Shown here: positions 16,923 through 29,234 of the stretch, piece by piece
Numbering within the stretch: position 1 is the first letter of the stretch
Layout of the letters: each line of letters starts with the position of its first letter
Assembly (NCBI GenBank): GCA_000320545.1
Contig: ADNK01001088.1
Coordinates: 124,001 to 188,000, forward strand
Length of the DNA: 64,000 nt
Source: Bigelowiella natans CCMP2755
Lineage: Eukaryota; Protista; Cercozoa
Direction of reading: 5' to 3'
Program-made: the position numbers and the translations under genes
Notes under the pieces: generated by a model
What the model was told of the DNA's origin: nothing
The model's database searches: none
The model's input: only the letters and a program-made list of their open reading frames with translations

Positions 16923-18072
16923 TATTATCATCGATGTCATCATTATCATGTGTTTTGTATGTGTGCAGCAGCACAGACCGGCACAGGGAAAATGATAGTG
17001 GAGTTCTTCTCTGCAGAGACTTGGGTTAGGGTGTGCAGGTATCTGTTTGGAAGAAGAAGAAGAGGAGGAAGAAGAGGAAGAACTAAGGCCATGACGGAGA
17101 GTACAAAATGAATGCAGGTTCCACTTCCACCACAGCCAATAAGCACCATTTGTTCGTCATCTTCGTCAGCACCACCGTTACTATGATCTTGGTCATGATC
17201 ATCATCATCATCATCATCATGGGTTGTGTATCGTTACTACTACTACCTCAGTTGGATGCTCAGGGGATCCTCCTGCAGCGTTTGGGCAGCTCTCTGAAGA
17301 AGCTTGGAAGCTTGGACCTCGCCTTCTGCGCTGATAACCTAATACATAGTCACCACCGTAAGAAGTCTTCACAAAGGAATTCAATGTTGTTGCACCCCCC
17401 CCCCCCCCCACCCCCCGTCTTCCTTTTCTGCCTCGTCTTTCAAATTTAGTACGTTTCAGGAAGAACCTTTCCTCGGCGAGTGCGCTCGCTCTCTGCCTGT
17501 GACGCCATCGCACGTTGCATGGACTACGAACGTAATTTACATCACCCACACAGAAAAGGAGGAGAAGGCGGAGGAGGAGGAGTAGAGCCAACATGCGTAT
17601 TCGATGTGAGATGGCCGATATCATTTGGTATTTTCTCACCTACTGGTGCTACTATTCATCAATGGAATCCCCCCCCCCTATTTTGCTGCTTTACCAGAGG
17701 CAGTTTGACGTCGCTGATTTCCGTAGCAAAGATTTTCACGCCCCACACGTCCGTCTCCTTATCGACTGTTGAAGAATCATCATGGTTGAGGGGGGCAGCA
17801 GTGGTACACGACACACGTGAGTACATGACCACACGACGACGACGAGTACATGAACGCATGTATGATGGATGATGCATGGACTTTTAAATCCAATCTTGCA
17901 AATCTCTTACGACGAGAGACAAACACAGGCGATGTTGATGTTGTCCGATGAGCTTTATGACAAGATCACACTGGTGTTTTCTACTCATTGCTCGAGAGTC
18001 TATTTTTTGGAATGCGAATTGTGGCGCATTGATGATGGTTGGTTGTATATTGGATCATCGTGGTTCATTGTT

Positions 18073-18112
<40 letters not shown>

Positions 18113-19389
18113 GGCTTCTTCTTCTTCTTCTTCTTCATCTTCTCACTGATTTTCTGCAGCTCCGAGTTGATCTTGTGGCGCTGTGACAGAAGCTCGTCAA
18201 GCTCGTTGTTTCCTTTGAAAAAAGACACACAGAAGGCATAACCATAGCTATTACTTTAAAGGGCCGAGACACAACTGCTCCAGCTACGAACGCCCCCCTA
18301 TGATGTTTATATACGTTAGACCAGCAGCATAGTACCGACAACACTTCGGAGTGTAGTTTGAGCTAGTAGCTTGGTGGCGTTAATGTAATCGTCAACTTGA
18401 AGAACCATCTGATATCAGTAGGAGGAAACAAACACACGTAACGGCAGAGAAAGAAAATATTGGAGATCATGAGATTATTCGATTTGACTTCAGTAGGTAG
18501 GAAGGCTCTCCTCTTCTTGTTCTTCTTTCCTCTCCCTTACCAAGTTGGGATCCACAACGCGAATAAACACGACAGCATTGACAGTAGTTGTGACGGAATC
18601 CTAGATGATGGAGAAGAGGAGACTACATCAGCCCGCTCCAGAAAGAAAGGGATTTTGCAAACATTCGAAACTCCGGGCAATCAAGAACATATCAGTAGTT
18701 TCTGCTGCAAAGTTCCAACAACTCCTCCTCACTGAAGATTCTGTTTCTACTGTTGAAGCATTCTTCTTTGACTAAACACCATACTATTCAACATGAAACA
18801 AACAAACAAATCTAGTGCGTGTTGCCTGCCCTCTTCCTCTATCCTTTATGATATGATACAAACATACTTTGGTGATCATTTCCTGAGGAGGAACATCGAG
18901 TGCTGTGATACGTAAGTCCACTTTGCGGTATCTAATGGGAGGTGGTGAGTTAAATGATGCATGGGAGATTGAAGTTTTTGTAATGAATGACTACTCGTCC
19001 ACGAATGGCAAGAAAAAGAAGATTCCAGGGCCCCTGAGTGAAGATATACAAATTGTTTGAGGGTGTGTATATCTTAAACACGAATATATCAGTATAGTCG
19101 CAAAAGATTTGTTACTTGGCTGCTCCGCATAGCTTTCCCAGGCGAAAATGGACGGCACGTTCATAATCCCTGCATACAAATCACGTCAGCGTGGAGATAG
19201 GGAAAAAAACAGAACGTGAGCGAGGTTCGTTTGTATCTTTCCACCTCAAGATGGTGATGCACCAAAACCAACTCAATGGAATCATAGCCACCATTGTTGC
19301 GAGACCGATGAGGAGGCATCTGATAAAGAAGATATATTTATGATGAAGCTAATAAATATGATGGGCCTATCCATGAAATAAACTATATA

Positions 19390-19430
<41 letters not shown>

Positions 19431-19805
19431 TGTGTGTGGGGGTATGTAAATATATAGTATCTGAAATGATTCTCCACATATTTAATAAGTAGGCGCAATC
19501 AACTATCCTCCTCTGTACAGAATATCTCACCTGGCAAACTTTGACAGACATCCTTCCGATTGCGAATTTTCCTATTGGGAGTGGTTAGAAAAACGTCGAA
19601 TTATGAAATGGGACCCCTCTAAGCAATACTATCGGAGGGAGAGCCGCTATCACAGCACCAAAATGTGGAGTGGAAAAGATTCGAAGTAGTAACTTACGAT
19701 GTTTTCGTAGACCGTGTTGGCATTCACTTTTCTTTCATCGCCAACGTTCGAGTTTCCGATTTCACCAGCTTTACTATCCGCAGGATGATTCAAAGGCGTA
19801 GACAT
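16835..19805 (-). CDS. Stomatin / band-7 (SPFH) family protein; multi-exon
   Basis: Exons encode GPGIFFFLPFVD, RKVDLRITALDVPPQEMITK, DSVTTTVNAVVFIRVVDP, WGVKIFATEISDVKLP, MQRAMASQAESER, VISAEGEVQASKLL and YLHTLTQVSAEKNSTIIFPVP. Confidence 0.92.
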
Positions 19806-20091
19806 GCTGGGGTCTGTTCCGGGGAGATGAGCGGGGGTGGGGGAGATTCTCGCGTGCACGCCGGGCGAGGTTGATTCACTGACTTTGCTTGCGACGACAA
19901 CGTTACTTCTTTCAGCAGCAGGCCCAGCAATATCTTAGCATTTATGCGATATTTACCTTGTCGTAGGTAAAAAATCGAAGCAATTCTCGAAGATTCCTTC
20001 GATTTGCTCCCTCCCGGACGAAGAGTGTGTGGGTGAGGAGGGGGAGGAACGAATGCACGCGATGACAGAGCACGGAGAATGAACCGCAAAA

Positions 20092-20464
20092 ATGTCGAAG
20101 AGGCCGAGAAATAAGACGAGGGATTTCCAAGGATACCTGGATGAATCCATTGAAATCTTGGAGAAGGTGGTCTCCAAACTGAAACATGGAGGCAAGCAAC
20201 TCGAGAAAGCCCGAGCATGCTGCATGGCGGAGATCATGCAACTGGAGGTAATTTGCATGCATAATTTCGACCAACGATGTTTTCAGTTTTAAATTCTGCT
20301 CTCTATGTCTAATCTCTACTCTAACCTTCCAGGAAGAAATTAAATGGATGGAGGATAAATTATCATGCAAAGAATCCGGGGAAGACTTCTTAATACAAGA
20401 TGAAATCGACGAACACATTGTAATTAAAAAAATAAGACTTGTTGAAATTAAAGATTTGGACTGA
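20092..20464 (+). CDS. Small hypothetical helical/coiled-coil protein; 2 exons
   Basis: MSKRPRNKTRDFQGYLDESIEILEK...AEIMQLE, then a GTAATT...CTTCCAG intron, then EEIKWMEDKL...EIKDLD* in frame. Confidence 0.55.
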
Positions 20465-21147
20465 AGATTATATTTGGGAAAATACTACTATTTCAAGGGT
20501 TTTCATCATTTCAACGCACAAAACAATGCTGATGAATCTTGTGTCACTGTGGTTAGGTATTTTGTCTGCGGAAGTATCAAAACCAAAATTTCAATGAAGA
20601 ACTGAGATAGACAAGTTTTATTCATAAAATTTCGACACGTAACTGAAAACTAGGTTGCATTTCATGCATTCCTGCTAGCTAGCTAGATTGCATGCATGTG
20701 TAATGTCGCACGGGTTTGCTCCAAGCATCGTAGTAGATTCTGACGCTAGCGTGCACGGAATAGTGTGCGTCCCATAGTCCGTTCACTTGTGTGCATGTTC
20801 ATGTTGTGTGCACACGTGTGTGTGTTAACAAATTTGGAGCGAACGAACACTAGAACATGAGGATTATTCGATCAACAAATTCTAGAATCATTGATAGCTG
20901 TGTGCAGCTGCGCACATCGCATCGTAGCTGCGCGAAACTGCATTGCATGGGCGGAGAGGGCTGGGGCACGCATGGTCTTTTTGAATGAAAATCAGAATCA
21001 GAGCACCGCACTGTGCATACACATGATGATAAACCTTCGCTAGCTTCGGTGAGCTGCTCTGGTGCTTGCACATCATGTGCACAGGGCGTGCATTTGTTGG
21101 TCCAGACATGCATGATTATATGATGCCGCACACAAACTAGCAAAGAC

Positions 21148-21190
<43 letters not shown>

Positions 21191-21290
21191 ACGTGTCACA
21201 AGTCATGAAGAAGAAAGCATTCTCTTGTACTACTCGTCGAAAATATTTGGACGATGAGTGAAGTAAAGTCGTCGCTGCACAGAATCGATG

Positions 21291-21376
21291 CGCTGTTGTA
21301 GCTGCTGTTTTGTATAGCTACACTAGGATGACCATTGAAAACATTTAATTACTTCATTACATCCGTTAATCCGTCT
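21291..21376 (+). repeat. Short dispersed repeat copy (core taggatgaccattgaaaa...ttcattacatcc) flanked by a 13-bp direct repeat
   Basis: The core recurs at 26578-26621 (+) and, more diverged, at about 26316-26356, 26690-26727 and 58196-58250 (-). The flanking cacagaatcgatg lies at 21278-21290 and 21377-21389. Confidence 0.7.
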
Positions 21377-21430
21377 CACAGAATCGATGTGACGCGTTGC
21401 ATGTTGAACGCATTCGCAAATCTGTCACGG

Positions 21431-22011
21431 CTACTGTGACTTTTCTTCATCAGACAACTGCAATGCTTCTAATATGCCATAAAAAAGGCGAATTTCACGC
21501 ACAGTCAGCTTCGGGTTCTCAACGCGACCAGCAATTGCCCGTAACATTGAAGCAGCTGACTTAGGCTGGAAGATGTATTTCAAAGTATTACTTCTTTGAA
21601 AGAAATATAATCTAGTACTTATCTTAAATCGTCGAAGATAGAATACCATCAACACCATTTCGAAATTGTGTCACGTATTTCACCCACACACCAACTGTAT
21701 TGCCGTGTAACTATTTCTTCTTACATCTTTGAATCTTCGTGATCCCGCAATTTTTTGCTCTATTTCTTCCAGGAGCCTGTCTACGTTCCCTCTAGTCGCA
21801 AGTCTGTTGATTGAAAAAAGAAATACGACGAACCTTCTTCAGACAAACCTTAAAGAAAAGTGTCAATTCGCTTGAACTCACTCTGTGCTGCCTGATGACG
21901 TTGCATCCTTCGAAGTAGACTCTGTTTCGTTATCGTCGTCTTGACGAACCGCATACATCTGCACAATCATGTGATGTTTCATGGTGTTAAACCATATTTC
22001 GTATTATTAAA

Positions 22012-22066
<55 letters not shown>

Positions 22067-23548
22067 TTTTGTTTTGAGATACTATAATACCATACCATCA
22101 ATTCAGTCTATACTAGCGGGGTAATCAGCAGCAGCAGCTATTTCGAGACATTACGCCGCCAACTCTCACAGTTTTTCTTTTCAAACCTCAGATGAAACGA
22201 CGGTGACAGCTTGCGCCAGGTTTAGAGCACGAAACGACGGCAACGTTGGAATGTAAAGAAGCAAGTCTGCAACACTAACAAGATATTTCTAAATTATCGT
22301 GTGCCTCCCTCTTTTGAGGTGAGAAGAAAATCGTCAGCAGCTATCTCCTCATCATTGGTGAATTGTCACCTTAAATCTTCCGTCGTTAATCCGCTAGTTT
22401 CAGGGCCAAAGAGAATTCCCACCTTTTCATTTTTCCCACCTTTATCAGAAAAATCACTCCAGGTCATGAACGTCATATCGGGTGTTTATATGATAAAATG
22501 CTACGTGCTTCTCTTGCTCGAAGGGCAGAATTTCTGCTGGAGAGCCAAGGTCTGCTCCCTTTTAAGGTTTTTTAAAAACAATAGATTAATTGTAATAATG
22601 AGGAATTGCTTAAAGAGAAGTCCAGAAGGAACTTGCCCATCGTAGAATTGCAATACCGACCTCCAGCGTTTCCCGCAAGCCCTCTTTTTCTTGCCGTTGT
22701 TGCCATAATCTGTACGTAAACATTTTTATTCATCAAATTTACGCCGATAATCCGGATTTTTCGTATACTATGTTCAAATCTTGCGATGCCTCGGAAATGG
22801 AATCGTAAATTTTAGCGTTTTCCAGGATCTCCACAGCACCGGCTATTATTGATGATTTATGAGATGATACAGAAAACATATTAATCAGTAATGAAATCTC
22901 CTTCTTCATTGTTTGGATGAGTACCTGCCCTGGCTTTAGCCTTATCAGACAAATGGTCACATTTCGGGTTGACTAGTCTCAGTTCATGCAGACCGAAATT
23001 CAGCATTGACCGTGCAGCGCTTTGTGTAGAAGAAAGAAGTTTTTTTCATATTTGGGTAGATGTGCTACCGTTTCAAAATTTTGAGAAAACGGTAGAAATT
23101 TAAAAATCTATCACCTTCCTATGTTCTCGTCTAAGAAAGTAGATACGAGGATAATCACAGGGGCCAATGTGTCGTTTGCTGCGATGCGAAAAGCATTCCG
23201 TTTTTGTTCATCGTAGTAGCCGCTTCCGGTAGGGCCTTGTTCCTTTGAAGATCCTACCTGTATCCATTTGCTTCTTCTTGCATTCCATAACCTTCTTGTT
23301 CTAGATTGACTGCCATCGTTCGCATTAGGAGCGCTCAGCAACGGTCGCTGGCGGAGCAGGCACTGCCGGCTGCCTCTAGCTGCATCAAACCGTTGCAACA
23401 ACGGAGTTCTAGATCCACCGCGTAATCTTTCTGTGTTGTTCAACTTTACGCGTGTAATAAAAGCCATTCCTGCGAGAAACAGGAGGAGCGTTGTGCGAAG
23501 AGAACGAATGCTCCCGGCATGGTCGCGGGTAGGGGGGTGATGGAACAT
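21431..23548 (-). CDS. trmJ: SPOUT RNA methyltransferase of the TrmJ/LasT family, with a bipartite (hydrophobic + basic transit-like) leader
   Basis: PVIILVSTFLDENIG|SAARSMLNFGLHELRLVNP, AGAVEILENAKIYDS, ATTARKR, VGILFGPETSGLT, LYIPTLPSFRALNLAQAV and C-terminal LTVREIRLFYGIL. Confidence 0.88.
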
Positions 23549-24038
23549 TGGAATGGGTTGTGCAAGAAAGATGCTCCTGGGAAAAAAAAACAGAAAGTAA
23601 CGCGGTGGTAACGCTGCTGCAGCTACTTCTAGAGTCTACCGGAACTTCCTATTATTTTCTTCTTCTTTTTCTTCTTCTTCTTCTTCTTCCTCTTCTTGTT
23701 CTTGTTTAGATATATGTGCACGTAACAATAATGACGAGTCATAGTTTTGTTCAAATTATTACCATCCCTGGCGAGAGCTGCTGATTTGTTGTTGTTGTTG
23801 TTGCCCGGTTGTTGGCTGTGCTATTGTTGTCGAGTTGTTGCCGAGCAGTTACCCAATTGGGCAGTACGGTGTGTGCGCACTCTCGACACGGACCACAAAG
23901 CAGCAATGCTACTCGTATTATTTAATAAATCACCGATTTTGCAGATGTCGCAGGTGATGAATCGCCTGAAATAGACGTAAAAGCTGAGCCAGCTCAGACG
24001 AAGACACTCAAGCGCTCACGTGGCTCTTGTTATTCGAC

Positions 24039-24583
24039 ATGGGGTTAGTTGGAAGTAAATGCTTGGGGAGAGGGGTCAAAACTTTTGGGCGTGGCGTGCA
24101 TACTCGTGCAGTTCGAGCCGGTGCAAGCCCGAACAAGAGCGGGAGTGTGTATGCCGTGATGGTGAGCTGGAAAGTGAAGCAGCAATGCATCGACGAGTTT
24201 ATCGAACTGTCGCTGATGGACGCCCAAGGGTCCGTTGGCAAGGAAGAAGGCTGTCGCCGCTTTGATGTCATCCAGGTATTCAAAATAATCCACCTCCGTA
24301 CGCTTGCATGATCGGATTTGATGAATAATTTGTTCTTTGTTTATTCAGGACAAGAAGAATCCCGATCAATTTGCATATTGTGAAGTATGTGCTTTCTTTC
24401 TGTAATTTAACTGAAGCCTGTATCTCAATGTACGTTTTTCTCATTTCTAGATTTATGACAACGAGGATGCCTTCGAGCACCACAAAACTACCGACCACTT
24501 CAAGGCTTTTAAGGTTGTTTGCTTCGGGGATGGACGGCATTTAGTTAATTTGAGTACTCTTGATATGACTCATAGATTCTTTT

Positions 24584-24624
<41 letters not shown>

Positions 24625-25882
24625 TCACATAAAATTTCAGAGCAAGGTGGGCGATTTAGTCGTAGGAGAAGAAAAAGTGAGTTTGTGCAAAAACGTTTAT
24701 CCTACAAGCCCAGGTCAGTTGATCAAACAATCCTTACTGACATTTAAAACAAAAACAATAGTGTGAAGCTCGAACAAATTTATCAGTCCATTTCTGATTC
24801 CTGCTATACGGCTACAGAGACTTGTTGGAACACGAAGAACGATGTGAAAGCTGACAACGATGATTATTTCAAGAAGGGATCCTTGCACGTGAGTTGTTTG
24901 TGAGCTTCTCGATTATCCCCAAAGAATGTTCTGAGTTGTTTCCATTCTTATCCTCCTCCTCCTCCTCCTCTTCCTTTTTCTTTTCATCTTCTCCTCCTCA
25001 AGTCGTCGTGCTCCCCATTCATCATCATCATCACTCTCCGCCTATGATTCTATATCTTCCAGGTGATCCACGCTCCAAAGTATGTAAAACCTGAGGTGGC
25101 AGACCAGTTCATCAAAGAAGTAAGTTTTCTGTAGTAGTTGGGGGTGCATTAGTAGTATTAGTGTTAATATTAGTATTACTAGTATAGGTAATAGTGGTAG
25201 CAGCCAACCGATATTCTTCCATTTTGCGCTGCTTGTTTAGATCGTTGCAGATGCAGAGGCATCATGTGAGCAGGAACCTGGATGCCTTCGTTTTGACGTT
25301 TTCCAGAACATCACCGACCCTGGAGAGGTGATATAATCATGTGATAATATTATTTGTCTACCCCCGAATTATCAAGCTGGAATTATTCACCCCAACATCG
25401 CTGTTTATTGGTACCCATTCTCTCTCTATCTCTTTCCCTCTCTGTCCACCTCCCCCCCCTTTCTTTTTCTTTGCAGATCTACCTTTATGAGGTGTATGCG
25501 AATGAGGATGCTTTTGCGTACCACATGGGAACTCCGCATATTAAAACTTGGATCGAAGCAACCAAAGAGTGAGACAACAGACGATTTCCTCTTCCATTTC
25601 GAGGGAGAGAGGGGGGGGGAGCGAGAGAGAACAGATGCTCTAGTTTGTCTAATATTTGGGCATTACTGCCGCTACAATTAGCATGTATCAAGAGTCCCGG
25701 GAAGGCAAGACGATTGAGGAGTACCAGAATAGTGTAACGTGAGTAGCATTCACACTCTCAACGATCTTACTCAATCAAACAAATCTGCCTTGACTTGACC
25801 TCGAACATCTGATGATGACGTTGATACGGCCTTGTGTCTTATCAATTCTTAATGTATTGACAAGGCACCATTCCATAGTCTG
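24039..25882 (+). CDS. Tandem ABM-superfamily (LsrG-like) two-domain protein with a basic N-terminal presequence; 3' end uncertain
   Basis: Domain 1: VYAVMVSWKVKQQCIDEFIE...EEGCRRFDVIQDKKNPDQFAYCEIYDNEDAFEHHKTTDHFK. Domain 2: KYVKPEVADQFIKE...EPGCLRFDVFQNITDPGEIYLYEVYANEDAFAYHMGTPHIKTW. Confidence 0.8.
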
Positions 25883-27249
25883 AGATGATGAAAATTAACT
25901 ACTAAATCCTACAATCAGACGAATTGGACGCAATGTTTGGCCTGCTGACAATGCTGGATGGAGCGTATATTAAAGACAGCGCACAATGGAATCTATCAGC
26001 ACAATCTAGACCATAGACATAGTATCGGCTGCATATTTTATTTATTACATTTATCTTACTGTTACCTTGAATTTTGTGGGTATAATGAATCCCCGATATA
26101 CACATATAGTTAAATTAAATAACGAATATCAAACGATAATTATGTATGCGTCGCATGCTACTCCGCTAGGTCTAGAGATGTCACATAGCAACGATCGATC
26201 GTGTCGATTATTGCAACTATCTAGCTATGCATAAATAAGCACCGTGCGAGAACATAAGATATGATCGGTCCTGGCCAGTAATCGACTGAGCATCACTGTT
26301 TATGATTACGAGACGAATGTAATAAAAATAATCACATTTTTTCAATGGTCATCATATATATGTGAAAAACCAATGATTCAACCTCCCGGCATTACTAGAT
26401 TATATGCATCCGGATAGCAACCTGTAGTAGCGCATCATCAAGCTAGCCAAGGGCATCATGGCGATGCTGAGAGCAAGAAACATCTAGAATGTGTTGCATG
26501 TTATTTGCCACTAAACAAACAGGCACAACATAACATAAGTGCTCCAGCCGCTGCGTTGCACAGCTACTTTACTAGATTAGGATGACCATTGAAAAGATTT
26601 AATCAATACTTCATTACATCCATCTCATGCTAGCATGTTTACGACTAGTACTCAAATAGTAGCTAGTACGTCTCTGAGAAGGACGTACAGGATGAAACGA
26701 TTGTATTTTCACAAATGGTCGTCATATCTTAATTAATGTAGTCTATGTACACTAGTGTTCATGTTAGCATTTACGCTCTAGACTCTGGCTAGCGTAGCGC
26801 TAGCGTGTCACAATGATTACATTAGCAAAAATCCACATGACAATGGCGTTGAATGTCTAATAACGCGCTAGCGCGCTGCGTTATGTGCTAGCGTGTTCTT
26901 TCTAGTGTTACCATGAGGTCTATGCACCAGACATACAAGGCATTTTGCGTATAGTATCGTACATCTATATAGTCCTCTGTACCTTCTCATACATCTGAGA
27001 CATTTAGACATTGACTGCTAGACGCCATAGTTGAATAGCAGCAATATTACTTTTTAGGAATTATCGATCTGGCCATGCTCAAGTTTCGATCAAGAGCGCT
27101 TTTCCAAATATGAGAGGTTTCCATTGTATTGGTGAAGGGGTAATTGTGCTGTACGAACTTGGAGGACATTGACTCATGCATTACACGTCATTTGCGCTCT
27201 CTCATTCATTCATCGAGGATCAATCAATAAATTCCTTGCTCTCTCACAG

Positions 27250-29197
27250 CTAAAATCCTCCTGACCTTGCTAGTCCTGCTAGGTTACCACTACGACCAAA
27301 CCCCCCCCCTCCGGTTCGTTGGAAGCCTCCCCCCCCTCCCAGTGCCATCCCAGAGTCACTATTTTGGTTCGTCCACGTTGAAGATGGCGACATCTGCTCG
27401 GCGACAAGTGCCAGCTCTCGTAAGCTCTCTCGAACCTCTTCCGGGTCATGCGCATAGTAGTGAGCTTGGCTAGGTTTCAACCCAACGCAACATGTCACGA
27501 TCTCGTATCTGCAGCATTCACAAGAAGACCCACAACGAAGGACGAAGGGAAGGAAACACATACCACAATTATCAGACATTCCAAAATTTTATGAGCCGAA
27601 AGAGTTTATGATTTGCAAACAGTTTGAAAGGAGAGAATTGACAATGATCTTGATTCCTTACTTCAAGTCGTCTCTCTGGAGAACGGGACTGTTTTGCAGC
27701 GCACTGAACATTTTTTCATCAGATACGTCGTCTCCAACCTAAAGTTGATATTTTGTTGCGCAAGGAAGAAAATTTTGAATTAACTAGCCCTCATCATGTT
27801 TCCTAATGAATTCAAGTGTCTAGTCTCAATATTACCGCCATCAAGAAAAGAGGGTCTTTCATGTATGATCGCAAGGTGTCAATGAGGAGGGAAGTGGTGA
27901 GTCCTTTATTTACTCCCTACAAAGTATCAACGGACTATTAGCTATTTGAAGAAAATGATGATAGATCGCAGATGAGAACACAGGAATAAGTAATAGAAGG
28001 TGATTGGTTGAAGTTTACTCCTGAATCGACTACTACCTTCGGTAGGATTTCTAGGATTCGATTGTCATCGTAGACCACAATGTCGATCACGTCATCCGCA
28101 ATCAGCTGAGATATTAATAGTAATTTGGATTCATGATCGGGAAAATAACGATAGTAATGGGATTCGATGGCAGGCAAAGCAGTTGCAAACGTACGAAGAA
28201 GAAAGACAAGTACTCTTTATGAAATAATGCCGCACCTCCATTAGGTATTTCTGCATTTCTCTGGCTTGCATTTGGCCATAATCTGGGTCCGCACCCTCGA
28301 ACTTCCAGACGATGCCGTACTCTTTATCTTCAATCATTGCCCCATCCGTGCGCTCATCGTATGCCTGACAACATTGGATATGTTTTCACCATGGTGCAGG
28401 GAAGCAGGAGGAGGAGGAGGAGGAGGGGGAGGCGGAAAAGAGCAGAACCGCTTCAAGATTTTGAAATTATGCTTCTCTGCTGCTCAATCAATCACAGTCC
28501 ATCCTTTCCTCTCCCCACCCATCCTTGTTCCCTCTCTCCTCGCCAATGCAAAATAACAATAGAACCACACCTTGATGACGGGCATTGCTAGCTCCTTCCA
28601 TCCCTTCTCGTCAGAGTCGCAGAGGGAGTACCACTGGGAGTTGTTGCTGGCCGTTGTTGGCGTTGTGGGAGTTGACTTGTTTTCATTCCCTTTCATGTCC
28701 TCACCTCCTTCTGCCGCTGCTGCTGCTGTGGTCGTAGCCGCAGCCGCCGATCCTGACTTCATTTCAAGCGCCGAGCACTTTATCTTAGACGATAAGAACA
28801 AAATACTCAGAAAATCTTCCAGCGAAGAAGTGTTTAGACGATTATGATCATCATCATATGATTATCATTATCATATGATCATTCGTTGTTCATTGTTGTC
28901 TCAAAGATCGCTGTTGCCTTTCTTCTCCTATGCCTAATAGGATAGCTCAATACCAGGAGGACCCCCCTTACCTTACTACCAACCAATTACCACACCCACT
29001 ACTACACTAATATGTTCCAACGATAAACAACGTTTGCTGCTGCTGCTATTTCGCACTACTACTGCTACAACTACTACTTAATACTACCCATGGAGACTGT
29101 CGTGTGCCCCTTTGCAGGGCGATCATTCGCCTCTCCCTGGACCGCTCCGTGCCTTGGATTAAATGAGACGGTACGAACGGTAAGCAAGATGCTGTTA

Positions 29198-29234
<37 letters not shown>

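Noticed and set aside
23065-23097. Inverted repeat ctaccgttt...aaacggtag as a terminator
   Set aside because: It sits in TrmJ intron 1 of a eukaryotic gene as a single short hairpin, with no evidence of function.
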